Assembly (NCBI GenBank): GCA_907165135.1
Contig: OU015569.1
Location: forward strand, 3,286,001-3,350,000
DNA from: Oikopleura dioica
Taxonomy: Eukaryota > Animalia > Chordata
Length of the DNA stretch: 64,000 nucleotides
Direction: 5' to 3'
Positions 37,301 to 49,515 of this stretch are shown here, piece by piece. A program made the position numbers and the translations under genes. The notes under the pieces are model-generated. The model ran no database searches. It saw only the letters and a program-made list of their open reading frames with translations, and had not been told where the DNA came from. Numbering within the stretch: position 1 is the stretch's first letter; each line of letters opens with the position of its first letter.

Positions 37301-39395
37301 GACCTTGGTAGCCTTTCGGAAACTGGTCAGAAAATTGACGACGTTGTTCTGCCTCCTTGGGCGAAAACTCCCGAAGACTTCGTCAGAATTAATCGCCTCG
37401 CACTCGAGTCTGAAATCGTCTCCTCGCAATTACACAAATGGATAGACCTGATCTTTGGATACAAACAGCGTGGCCCTGAAGCCGCTAAAGGTATTTTATT
37501 GCAAAGGACTTGAATTTGTCTACAATTAATTCAGCCACGAATGTTTTCTATTATCTGACGTATGAAGGCAAAGTTGACCTAAGCTCCATCCCTGATCCTG
37601 TCCAAAAACAAGCATGTATAGGAGCGGGCCGTTTATTCACATTCGCGTAATGTTCCTTCTTTTCTGAAATTAACAGTGACGAGAATGATGATTAATCACC
37701 CGTTTATAAGACCAAATAAAATCATTTGGGCAAACTCCGTCCCAGCTGCTTATTGAGCCCCATCCCCCAAGGTATTACTATCTTCTTGATGAGTTAATAA
37801 TATCGAGTTAGACAACCCGAAAATTTACCTGTTGAAGAAGATTCTCAAGAAGTCCGTATGGTTCTAAAGTTCGTATCAAATTCTCCTGTCGTATACCTAT
37901 CCTCCAACACTCATCCCTCTCTTGAAAACCCATCTATCGTCACTGTCACACAGTCTCTTCTCTTCAATGTTAACAAATGGATAAAGGTAATTTGTCTATT
38001 ACAATTGTAAGTAAAACTATTTCCCTAAAGCCAAGCTCCACAAAAGTACCGATTGAGCCTGACCCGATGATGAACAAAACTGGTGGAATTCAAAAACGCC
38101 AGATTTCCGATCGACTCGACCAGTCTATCACCATTTCACACAAAGTTCTTCTGGTCTCTGCCGACAATCGCCACATCATCGTTGCGGGCTTCTGGGATCG
38201 GTCTTTCCGCGTTTACTCTACTGAAAACGCAAAGCTAGAACAAGCAATATTTGGACATACTGCGCCGACTACGCTGCTGGCAAGGAGCGAAACGTACATA
38301 GGTAATCTTTGAAGAACTCGTCGATCAAATGGGATTATATCAGCTACGTTCAAAAATAGGATAATTAGAATTTAATAAAATGGAAGTAATATAAATAGAT
38401 AAGACAAGCTTTGTAGCAAGAAATGATTCAAAGAAATGCGATTAATTGACGGTCGTTAGCGTAACTAGATTTTATGCGTGATTGATTTCAGTCTTTCGTG
38501 TGCACTGCACCTCTCGTCAATCAAAATGAAAAAGTATGCAACCTAATCTTAGGAGGCGATTGCTATATTGTGTCTGGCTCCAAAGACACGACGCTTCTAC
38601 TGTGGTACTGGAACGGTCGACGACAACGCATCGTAGGAGACTCGCCCAATATTTACGACAATCCGTCGCCCCGCGCTACCCTTGTTGGACACAACTCTGA
38701 GATCACACTGGCTTCGGTTTGCGCCGAGCTCGGTATGATCGCTTCGGCCGCCACCAGTGGTCCTATTCTTATTCATACAATCACTGGCGAGCTCCTCAGA
38801 CGCTTGTCGCCTGAGGAAACGCGTCCATCACAAGTTATATTTAGGTATTTAATCTTGTGATTCTTTAAATTTATACCGGATTTAGTAATGATGGCTTTAT
38901 TCTTTGCTGCTTTGGAAAGCAAAAACTTGTCAATTTCACTATCAATGGTGCAAAAGTTCATGAACAAGAGCTAGAAGAAGAAGTTTCAACGCTCATTCTC
39001 AATAGCGAAGGGAACATTGTGATTTCGGCCGGGGATAATGGCAAGATATATCTTCATGATGCCTGGACGCTCAAGACCTTGCATTCTTTTCCCAAGATCG
39101 GGCTCCCAAATCATCGTCAGATATTACTATAGATTGTTTCTATTTAAAGAATATTCACTGGAGCCTCATCAGTGCGACACTGCAATACAACACCTTGCAC
39201 TCACTCACGATCAACAAACGATTATTTCAGGCACGAGTTACTGATTATATTCAAAGAGAATTCTCTCAGAAGTAGAATAAACTAGTCATAAAATAGCTTC
39301 ATTCGAAACTCGCAAAAGGCATGAAATCCGGTTCCGTTGTTGCTTTCAAAGTAGACTTCAAGAAATGGCATCTTTCCAAGAATGGAAAATTCTGA
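31326..39395 (+). CDS. NBEA: Neurobeachin/LRBA BEACH-domain protein
   Basis: ConA-like [52 protein letters not shown] ([49 protein letters not shown]), WD40 repeats and end [15 protein letters not shown]. The first coding exon is ~5.6 kb. Confidence 0.97.
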
Positions 39396-39695
39396 TGTCT
39401 TTTTTCTCTTTTCTAATTCCTCTTATGTGCAATATCTTCGAGATTCTTTGTTTTTCCTTTCCTTTTAAGTTAAAACTGATTCTTCCAGTCTCAAACCTTC
39501 TGAAAAGTCAATTAGCCAGTATCCTATTCTAAATAAAAACATACATTCATTTCTTCGTATTTTTTTTTGCTCAGCGCGAGCCCTGTATCAAAAAAGCATA
39601 CATAAAACTGCAATAAATATTTAATAAATTCGCTAAAATGATATTCTACGCAAAAACTTGAACTCAGTTAAAATCAGATTGTCCTAGAAATCATC

Positions 39696-41475
39696 ATGCC
39701 AAACCATGTTGAATATGACCCTGGCGTTCCTACATTCAAACATTCGGATAAGTTCGAAGCGAAGTCTCTTGTGCGAGAGATGCAGCGCGAAGCTGCGCAG
39801 GCCGAGCGAGCTTGGGAAGAACGATGCTCCCAGCGCGACAACAATAAGTGAGTTTCCCGAATTAAATCAATCAAGTGATCTGACTTTTTATTTAGGCAGT
39901 TTTTTCAGAATTTGAACCGAGAAGAGGCTGCCCTTGATTTGAAGCTGCGCATCAGTCATTTCAAGAACAGGGAGCCTGCACAGTTCACGATAACTGAACA
40001 CGGCGAGAAGATGGGCACTGCGCTTTTGAATACGTACAACGCAGATTTGGGTTCACGCAATTATGGAATGAAGGAGCTTCGGCGTCTGGAACGCGTGAAG
40101 GCTAGAACTGAGAAGAAAATTGAAAAGGCAATGGCAAAGAAAAATAAACGTGAAACTGTGGCCTCGTGGCCACCACCGAATCCAGATGGTCAAGAGGCCA
40201 GCGAAGTATGTATTTGCTCAATTGTATTTACAATTTTAAAAAATAACTTATTTTTCTTAGAAAACGAAAGAGGAAAAGAGTGCCAAAGAGTCTATCGCGT
40301 CGTTTGAAGACGACAAGGAGGACCAGTCGCTTAAAAATCTTCCAACTGCCCTGGCCAAACGACTAGCTGCTCGTAAAAATTTCCGGAAGCGTCGTATCTC
40401 CGACTCAGAGAAGAAGCCTTCTATTCCGGATGGATTTGATCCCAGCAAAGCAGAAGCTGCTGCTCAGGCGGCCATGGTAGCATTTGACTTCAGCACGGTC
40501 GGCCTTGACGCATCCAAATTAACGAAGCTGATGAACGAGCCCGAGGAAAAGGAGGAAAAGAGGCCTGCAAAGAAGCTGGCGACATCGCTCGAGAAGAACG
40601 AAAAACTTGGAAGGTATTTGTGGTTTTGGTTCTTTCTGAAAGATGATTTTCTTTTAGCTTCGTGAATATGCCATCAGAAGAGCCACTGAACATTCCTGGA
40701 CTGCCGATTGGATGGAAATTCGGAGATCCAATGCCAGAAGGAACTCCGGTGGAAGAGGAGAAGCCACCGGAAAATCAGAATCCCCTCGAAGTCGTTTCAA
40801 AAGCAACAAATGCAAAAAAGAAGAGACGGCCGAAGCAACCACTCATTTTTGAGGTTAGTATTTTAGACGCGAAATGTGCTGTTTAACCACTTTGTATCAT
40901 GGAATAATCATAAATAATGAGAATTATTCCGAAACACGATGTGAAATTTTGAGAAATCGTAGTCTCTCAAATCGGTGTATTTATATTGTCTGATAGACAC
41001 GTCGGCTGCATTTGAAATATTTTGTAGGCGGATGCGATGGGAGCTTTGGTGGACCCGTCGCGCTTCACTAGCAAGAATCACATCGAACAGAAAAATCTAA
41101 CGCCTCGTGTGAGATTGAGTGATGCCAAACAGGAAGAGAAAAATTCAGCCCAACCTCCGCCACAATCCACCACACCAAAAGTGATCGTTGCCCCTGCCAT
41201 AAAACGATCGACGAATACTTATTCCGAGGTAACAGACAGAGGCATAGATATTTTTTGGAATCGCATTGACATTTTCTTTCGGATCAATTTAGAGATTATT
41301 CATCTTTTAGGCTGATTTTGTAACGAGCTACACGGCAAAACCAAGCCATACAAACTATGGAGGACAGGCGCGTACCTACGGAACATACAACGCTTCTGAT
41401 TTAACAATCTCGCAAGGGAGGAACAAATACAATAGATACAAAGGAGGCGGAGTCGGCGGAGGAGGATATCGATAA
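39696..41475 (+). CDS. Hypothetical charged/coiled-coil protein
   Basis: In-frame exons MPNHVEYDPGVPTF... / QFFQNLNREEAALDLK... / ...GGGGYR* joined by short GT-AG introns. No recognised family. Confidence 0.65.
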
Positions 41476-41580
41476 ACCTTTTTATGTTCCAACAATTTCT
41501 GTCTCAATTTCTTCTGTCGAATATGAAATTTTCCAGATTCGTTTTTTTTAAATGGATAATTTTAAGATTTGTGGTCGAAA

Positions 41581-44500
41581 ATGCCACGACGGGCTCGACA
41601 GGAATCCTCCCCAGAGTACGCAGAAGAACCTTCGTCTGACGAGTACGAAGCCCCAGCACGAGACTCCGACTCTGATTTCGAAGTGAGCCCTAAAAAGAAA
41701 GCTCGAACGTCGACTGGTGGACGGGGCCGAGGACGTGGAAGAGGTCGAGGGCGGTAAGTAAAAAAACTACATTTCCTAATGTTGTCAAAAATAGATGTTA
41801 ACTAAAGATTAGCGGAAAGTCAACGGCGAAGTCTCCTGGTCGAGGACGCGGCCGTGGACGCGGCAGAGGGCGTGGTCGTCCAGCAAAGGCAAAGAGGGAT
41901 AGCGAAGATGATGATTTGTCCGAGAATTCGGACTCTAACGATGTTCCAGAGCCCACTAGAAAGTCCAGTCGTAGGAGTGCTTCACGAAAAGAGGTAATTT
42001 TGTGATATTGGAAGAGAGCAACTTGCTTTAGCATACTTGCAGTTTCTTTTTGTTCTCCATGAGCGGGCGCTTATGCGCGCTGGACGCACTGCTCTACACC
42101 GCCTCCCAGTAGAGGAGCTCGCGGACCGCGTAGGTGTTAGCCCCACGTGTATCTGCTCTGATATTCTTTATCATCGTTAATCTGGTTTAATACAGATTAT
42201 CAGTAGATAACTGATAATCTACTCACCGTATCGCATTTTTATATATTTATCGTAGGCCTCGGATGCGGAAGAGAAAGGAAGTGGATTGGCGGCCGGCAGA
42301 TCCCGTCGACGAGCTTCTGCTGCTCGATTTAGCTACGCCGACGACGACGACTCCAACGAAAGTGGTAATTAATTTGTTTTGATAATGTCTTATCCGACAG
42401 GAGATAGGAATGAGTTAATATAAATCCTAACGACTTATTCAGATGCTGAAAAAAGTGCGGAATCCGCCGAAGCTTCGGAGGAGGAAGCCATGGAGACCGA
42501 TGGCTCTCCTGAAACTGATGCCCTTTCTGACGCCATAGAAGAGAAAGCGGAGGGAGCCAAGAAGTCTGATCAGAAGGTCGACGAACCAGAGAACGAAGAA
42601 ACAGCCGATAAGACGGTTGAAATTGAAAAGAAAGCAGAGATCACTGACAAGGCTGAAGCTGCTCCTGCCGCCCCCTCTGACGAACCTGTTTCCTTTGCAG
42701 AAAAAGTTGACGAGTCGGCGAAAGAAGCCGTCCCAGAGCCAGTCAAAGAAGAAGCGCCCGCAGAAACGAAAGAAGCTCCATCCGAGCCAGCGAAAGAAGC
42801 TTCATCCGAGCCAGAGGAAGAGGCTCCATCCGAGCCAGCAAAACAAGCTCCATCCGAGCCAGCAAAAGATGTCCCATCCGAACCTGCGAAAGAAGTCCCA
42901 TCCGAGCCTGTCAAAGAAACTGCTTCTGAGCCAGTCAATGAAGCTCACGTCGACTCAGTGAATCAAGCTGAGACACCGAAACCATCGGAGAAGGAAGAGA
43001 CCATTCCTGCTCCTCAGGCCGCCGAAGACGCCGAAGAAGCTAGTAAAGCAATCGAAAAAGAAATAAAGCCGGTCGAGGCTGCTATCACGCCAGCTGTTCC
43101 CTCTAAAACGAGTGAGCCTCCCGCTGAAGCCAAAACGGAATCTGTCAATGGCGAAACAGAAAAGAAGGATGTTGAACCAACACCCGAAGATAAGATACTG
43201 CCCCAGGTTGAAACGCCGTCAGGTAAGCAGTCTACCATGAAGACTCGAACTCATGTTTTTTCAGAGCCAGTCGCCGCTGACAAGTCTTCCAAGTCAACGC
43301 CTTTAGAGAAAGCTAAAGTCGATGACATCAAAGAATCTGTAAATAACTGTGAGGATCCCAGTTAATTAAAATTCTCCTTAGGTCCCCACTGAAGTTCCTT
43401 CTAAACAACAAGTTGACATTCCTAAAATCAGCAGTGGCGAGAAGAGTGGTTCTGTGATCGTCGCGCCAGCTGCGAATGGCGAGGCAGAGAAGAAACGTAA
43501 GTTTTCGACTGTGCAAACATGCACTGACATTGTTAAGCGGAATCAACGACGATTGCAACCCCATCCGTCATCGTATCAACTATCCAGGCGCAGAAATAGA
43601 GAGATTTTCTCTCAGGTCACCAGTTTATCTTCCTTTCGCGCCCTTCGCTGACCTGTCTCGATTTTTACTCAATGTCCATAAACATCTTTTAATAATAGTA
43701 ACAGAAGAGCTAATTTAGTCGAGCCGAGGTGAAAATCCAATTTCAGCGGTTCCAATTCGACTAGCTCTGCTGTAAGGTTCACTCTCAGATCTCAGGGTCT
43801 TAAATAGTCATATGTTGTGTCTAGGAGACTTTCGTGAGGAATTAGTTTTGAAAAAACTAACACCTGACAGCTTTCTGAACCCTGCCACCAAACAAAAAAT
43901 CCTGTAGTTCTAATTCTAGATATCTCTAGAAATTTCGATTCCTTTTTGAAAAAAAAAACCTTCTGCCGTGCAGCTATTAACTTGTATTTTTTATGAAGTG
44001 CGCGGCACCGCTCTGCTAATTCAACTTGCAAGCTTCTTGCAAAATCAATTATCTGCAACAAAAAGTTAACTTTTAACTTGACCCTTGTTTTAATACTGTT
44101 TCCTTTAGACATTTTCTGACCATTAGAGGGAAAAAGCACGGAGATGCCCCTATGAGAGCAACCTGGGATGAAAGTCGAAATGGCGGTCGCCATCCCAGAA
44201 AGCAAGAAGTTGAGATCACCAGAAGAAGAAGTCGCTATCTGAGACCAGATAGGCGACTTTTGGAGCGCTAACGTAAGTCAACCTCTAGCAAATTTTATAA
44301 TGATGGCTCAAATGATGAAAAACGATATTTTATCGTTTTAACGATATTATTATAACTGAGCCGTGACTCGGCCTCAAGAAAATGATAAGTTAACGTTCCA
44401 ATTTCTGATGGGCTTGATTATGAAAGCTTTCAATAAAAAAATAAAGATAAGTCTTTTTAGGTTCCATCAGACCTCACTTCACGAAGCTTCGGTGACTTCC

Positions 44501-45428
44501 GAGTAGAATTATCATCTAACCAATTTTACTCCTTTCTCCGAAAACTGATCATTCTATTCTTATTTTCCATCCGTTTTATAAACTTTCCGGAGCGTCGTGA
44601 TAGTACTTAATGATGACAAGGCGACTTCCGCCCTGCATTCTCAATGCAAAAAAGCATGTCTTCCTAGCCTGAAAGTACTCCGACATCCTATTCTCTGTGT
44701 GCGACCCAAATTGGTATTCTCACTTAACGCGCACAGAGATGGAGCAGGCTCGTCCAACAACGAATACCTCAAATTTGCGCACCGAATAATTACTCGATAT
44801 GTGCATCATGTAATCTTATTCCTGATTTAGTTATTACTTTTTACTCTTTCAGAAATGAAGCGCGATCAGCAAAGAAGCATTTCATCGCAATTCACCTTGT
44901 TTCAGTTGGAAACGCGAGAAGACAAGACGTGGTAGAATATAAGGTGAATTTTTAATTTCGATTAGCTCAAAAGCGTTTTAATGATGAGAATAGGGTAGAC
45001 GGCCTGCATACTCTCTGCAATATTCTCGCGTTGTGATCTGATGAAGCTAGGGACAAAGTTTATACTTTTTATCTATACTTACTATCTCCTTTAGCGAATC
45101 ACCGCAGAAGTTTGGTCACCCTTCGCATCCAAGGAAATATTTTCCAAGCATGTTCCAGTGGAACAGTTCCAGAGTGAGGATTCGAAACGAGAAAGACAGC
45201 CGAAAAACGCGAAAAAATCGCGAAATATACTTTGTCACCACTGAATGCTTTTATTAATTCTTCAACGTATACAACCAATAAATTTATTTCAAATGATACC
45301 GGCTTATTTGAACATTCATTTTTAGGGGCCTCTACTTGCCCTATACGGATAATCTGGATGCCGTGCGCTCCAATTGGCTGAGCGTCAAAAAATGCAGCGT
45401 CATGTATGCCACGTTTCCCGGTCAATGA
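41581..45428 (+). CDS. Hypothetical nuclear protein: RG/AT-hook-like N-terminus, acidic Pro-rich repeats, globular C-terminal domain
   Basis: KKKAR NLS-like motif, (RG)n tracts with GRGRP, a long acidic region and C-terminal exons ending ...SVKKCSVMYATFPGQ*. Some junctions are uncertain. Confidence 0.65.
42772..42939 (+). repeat. Coding minisatellite, 7 x 24 nt (EAPSEPAK-like)
   Basis: Seven tandem variants of gaagctccatccgagccagcgaaa. Confidence 0.9.
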
Positions 45429-45625
45429 ATGAACCCTCTTTTTTATATTTTCGAACGCCCGATAAATGAGAGGATGATTACTTGTCTAGGAGAATTCTCA
45501 ATACATCAGAACTTTTGGGACTAAACGTGATTTTTAAAACCTTTTTTGGATGATTGAAAGTTTCATGCCCGTGCCAATCAAACTAAATTTCACATTTTTA
45601 GAGTTGAGTCGTGCAGTTGGAAATC

Positions 45626-47220
45626 ATGAGACTTTTTAGCCTCTTATTCGCCTTTGTCTCTGCGAACTTGGTGAATGAGAAGGTGATCCGTGTTTTCGAT
45701 GCGACGACCCAGTTGCTCAAGTCATCAGCGTCTGTCCAAATTCGTAATGACGGCAACGTTGCTGTTTCCACCATCCAGTTGTCGGCTGATGCTTTCAACG
45801 CGGACAAGCTGATCTTCTTGGATGCCAAAGTTGATGACAAAAAGCTCAAAGTTGACGGCGATTACAAAGCGACGCTTTCAAGCCCGCTAGAACCAGGACA
45901 GACAATCACTCTTGAAATCGAGGAAATCTACCATGGATCCGTGAAGCCCTTCCCGACTGAGATCAAGCAAGCCGACAAGCAACTTGTCCTGGTCGAGGTG
46001 AATCTTTACTACACGTCGCCATACAAGACGCTCATCTCAAACGCGCGAATTAACATCGGGACGAAGAAAACTGAAAGTGTCTCGAAAACTGGCAAGCTCG
46101 AAGGATCGGCTGTGAAGCTCGAAGAGAAGAAGGATTTCGAAGGTGGATCTTCGCAGAAAAGCCGCGTTCACTTCGAAAACAACTCCCCTTCCTCGTCGCC
46201 GAGCGACTTGAGCGTGAGATTGAAGTGTCTCACTGGGGAAATGTTGCTGTCACTGACAAGGTCTGGGTCAAACACACCGGTGCTACTCTGAAGGGATCGT
46301 TCTCTCGTTTCGACTTCCAGCGTCAAGACACGGTAAGTAAATGGAACAATGAGTAAATGTTAATTTTAATCACTTTGATGGAAGGCGATTGAAAACGTCT
46401 CCGAGCGTATGTGCATTGTTCTCTTTGTGCGTAATGCTCCTCTCATTAGAGCTGTTTCCTTCTTTCAAACGGCTGTTTCCATTTCGCGTTCACACGTATG
46501 CTGTAGATTCTCACGCGATTTTAAGGGTGCTTTTATTACGGAATGGAAGATGATCCTTCCCCTTGAAGCTCAAGACGTTTACTACCGCGATTTGATCGGA
46601 AACATTTCCACTTCCGCTTTGCGACAAGACTACCGAGCTGGCGAGACTGTTCTCGAACTGACGCCTCGATTCCCAATGTTCGGTGGCTGGCGAAACCACT
46701 ACACGATCGGATACAACGTCCCTTCTGCCACTTATCTCTCGTCAGATGCCTCAAAATATCAACTCAAGGTTTCGACTTTATATTTTCATCTTATTAAATT
46801 TTATCAATCAGGTCCCTGCTACGCCCGAGCTTTACAACGAATTCATCATCGAAAACTATTTCCTGAAGGTGATTCTACCAGAAGGAGTCGCCGATGTTTC
46901 TTTCAAAACTAACATTGCTCTGGAGCGCAAACCCGACGAGTCCCGCTACACCTTCCTGGACACAACTGGGCGAACCGTTGTTGTTTTCGAAGGAAAAGAC
47001 GTCACCTACCAGCACGCGGCGAAGATCGCAGTCACTTACAACTGGAACTCGATCCTGATTTTCAAGGTATTGTGGATTAAAATGAAGCGCGATTTAACGA
47101 ATTAAGGAACCTCTTCTCGCTATTTCCGGATGGGCTGTGTTCTTCTTTGTCCTTCTTTTCTTCGCTCGACTTGATTATTCCATCTCAGCGCCTGTCTCAG
47201 CGGATAAGAAGAAGAACTAG
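45626..47220 (+). CDS. RPN1: Ribophorin I (OST subunit 1), with an apparent 1-nt frameshift at ~46185-46190
   Basis: Signal peptide, HFENNSP-[shift][13 protein letters not shown], [40 protein letters not shown] and a TM segment EPLL...RLDYSIS. Confidence 0.93.
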
Positions 47221-47623
47221 ACAGCTTAGAAAGATCATTGTTGACAAAGCCAAACTCTGGTTTTTCCCACGAACAGTGCAATTTACTCATATTTAGCTAA
47301 TTCATTTAGAAAGATTCCTTCCTTTAATAACATACCTGGATCTCATTACTTATATCCTATGCGTCATTTACTGTGCGTTTTAGAAAGAAAATCTTAGTGC
47401 AATAAAATCTATTCGGCCCCTAAAATCATGGCAAATATTCTTGGAGTACTTTTGGCGATATGACTGTATTTGCTCCGGAAGGCATTTTGACTATCTATTT
47501 GCCGGAGCAAGCTTCAGTGAAGTATTGAAAAAGGTTACAAAAATATTTGCAGAGTTGCCTTATCTGATTCTTTCGCATAGCAGTTCGCGGTTTCGATCAA
47601 ATCGGCAGAATTGAACATTTAGA

Positions 47624-49181
47624 ATGGCAGGAGGAAAGACGGTTCTGGTTGTTGGGGTTACCGGGAGCGGGAAGACTTGTTTGATAAGGGTGAGTCACAT
47701 CTCATTCACTAAAAAGAAAACACTTGTATTAAACACAAGGCAGCGTCATTTTTATTTTTCTAAGCAACAAATAATTTCCTAGAGACTCAAAAGAAAAATA
47801 TTCAAAGCCAAGAAAAAGCATGACTTTCATACGACAGAGACCAGTGGTTTTGTCCCAACGAAGATAGGCGAAGACTCATTTGGGGAAGTCGGGGGAAAGC
47901 TTCAGGCAAACGGTCACCAAGTTCATTCTTTGAGAAGTATTCTCGAAACAACGAAGAGAATTTGAAATCCTAAGCCGCTTCCTCCTAGAGTTAAAAAGGA
48001 GATAGATCTGTCAGTCAGAGATTACTCCTTTCCTAGACATCTACCATTTTGAAGAGATGTCTATCTTCATAGGTTTGAAGGTTAGATACTCTGTTGTTCA
48101 TAATGTCATTTTATATTCTTATATTCGCTATTTTATGATAATAGGAAGAATACTAGGTAGTTCAAAGGATTAAGTCTTCCCGATATCGCTTCTATTCTCA
48201 TATTAATCGATAAAGTTATTGAGTCTCAGTATATTTTTTGCCGGGTGACGTGAAGCCTGAAATTGGTTGGTTTTTTTACTATTTCGCTAGAATTTCGGAA
48301 TTCTTTGGCAATATGATCCTAAATTAACGGCAAATAAACGTAGCTACAAATTCACATAATAAACATCAATTAAAATCGAGAGATCGATCCACGCTCGTGA
48401 ATTGCGTATAATATAGCTAATGAGTGCACAAAGAGGAAAGCCCAGAAACAGTATTTTCATTGTTACTCGGGTACATGTGTGGCGAGCATTTGACATTGGC
48501 GACCATGAGCTAGCCTTTGTGGCTGGACTACGCGCAGGATGTCTCGGGCATAATGTGAGTTGTCTTTGAAGAATAGAAAGAAACGTTACGTCCATTCTTC
48601 TTCTAGCTACGTTATTGATGCCAGAGCGCATGGACGTCTCACTCAAACTGCTGTTTACGCTCACCAATTACGAGAACAGACACAAGTGGTACGGACTAAT
48701 CCACAGAGACTAGTTTAGAATTAAATGAGAGACCTGGAAAAGTGAATCATTTTTGGCGAAGGCTTGAACTTTTATTTTGACTTGAGAAGTACCCCTTCGC
48801 ATTACTACCGAAGAGCATTACTCCCATGGCATTTTTTGTTTCCTACGTATAAAAAGTCAAAATGACATGTTTCAACTGCGTTTGAGCCAGCATGATTCAT
48901 TTCTTCTTCATCACCCAATTTTAGCCATTGATACTGTACGTTCGACGAGCAAAAAATATGCATGATTGCAAACGAATTTTAAATCAATGGCTCCTCGATG
49001 ATTTCAGGAATTCGAGCTCACGAAGCTTTAACTGCGAATAACGAAGATTAAAAAAGTTTTTCGTAATCGACTCCAAATTAATAGTAATCTACCTGGGCTC
49101 CATCTTGATACGTTAACAAATGTTTACCCATCAAACTCTAGTGGGCTATTTCAACTGCTCGATAGTAAGACAAGTTGAGAG
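47624..49181 (+). CDS. ARF-like small GTPase, ARL16-like
   Basis: P-loop GVTGSGKTCLIRRL, EVGGKLQ|PLWLDY and IIYVIDA parallel ARL16 (ELGGCMGPIWSSY...FVMDA). The 3' exons are uncertain. Confidence 0.55.
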
Positions 49182-49515
49182 TAGAACTTTTGATGGATAA
49201 ATGGGACTCGGAAACTTTCATTGATTGTTTTGAGCTTTTGTGATGAAAGCACGGTTTTCAAGTGGACTCTTTTATTTTCGTTTAAAAAAGCTTGAGCGAA
49301 GATTTATTTGCGCTTTGGACGGTTATGACTGCGACCTCGAGGAGATACACAGCTTCGTCAAGTCGCTGCCTTGATTTTTACTTCCGCCAGTTGATCACCT
49401 GCCTCTTTCTTTTTTAATCTTTAACTAGACGTTCTATTTTTATACTGTCACCAAAATATTTTCATACGTTCATTTTTCTTAACATTCCTTTTCAATCAGA
49501 TGCGTAAATTTGAAA

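Noticed and set aside
39090-39172. Apparent AT-AG intron in the neurobeachin WD40 region
   Set aside because: A short canonical GT-AG alternative that keeps the frame exists, so it cannot be decided without cDNA.
47472-47512. 9-bp perfect stem ttgctccgg/ccggagcaa between RPN1 and the ARL16-like gene
   Set aside because: Too short to distinguish from chance, with no further RNA-family features.
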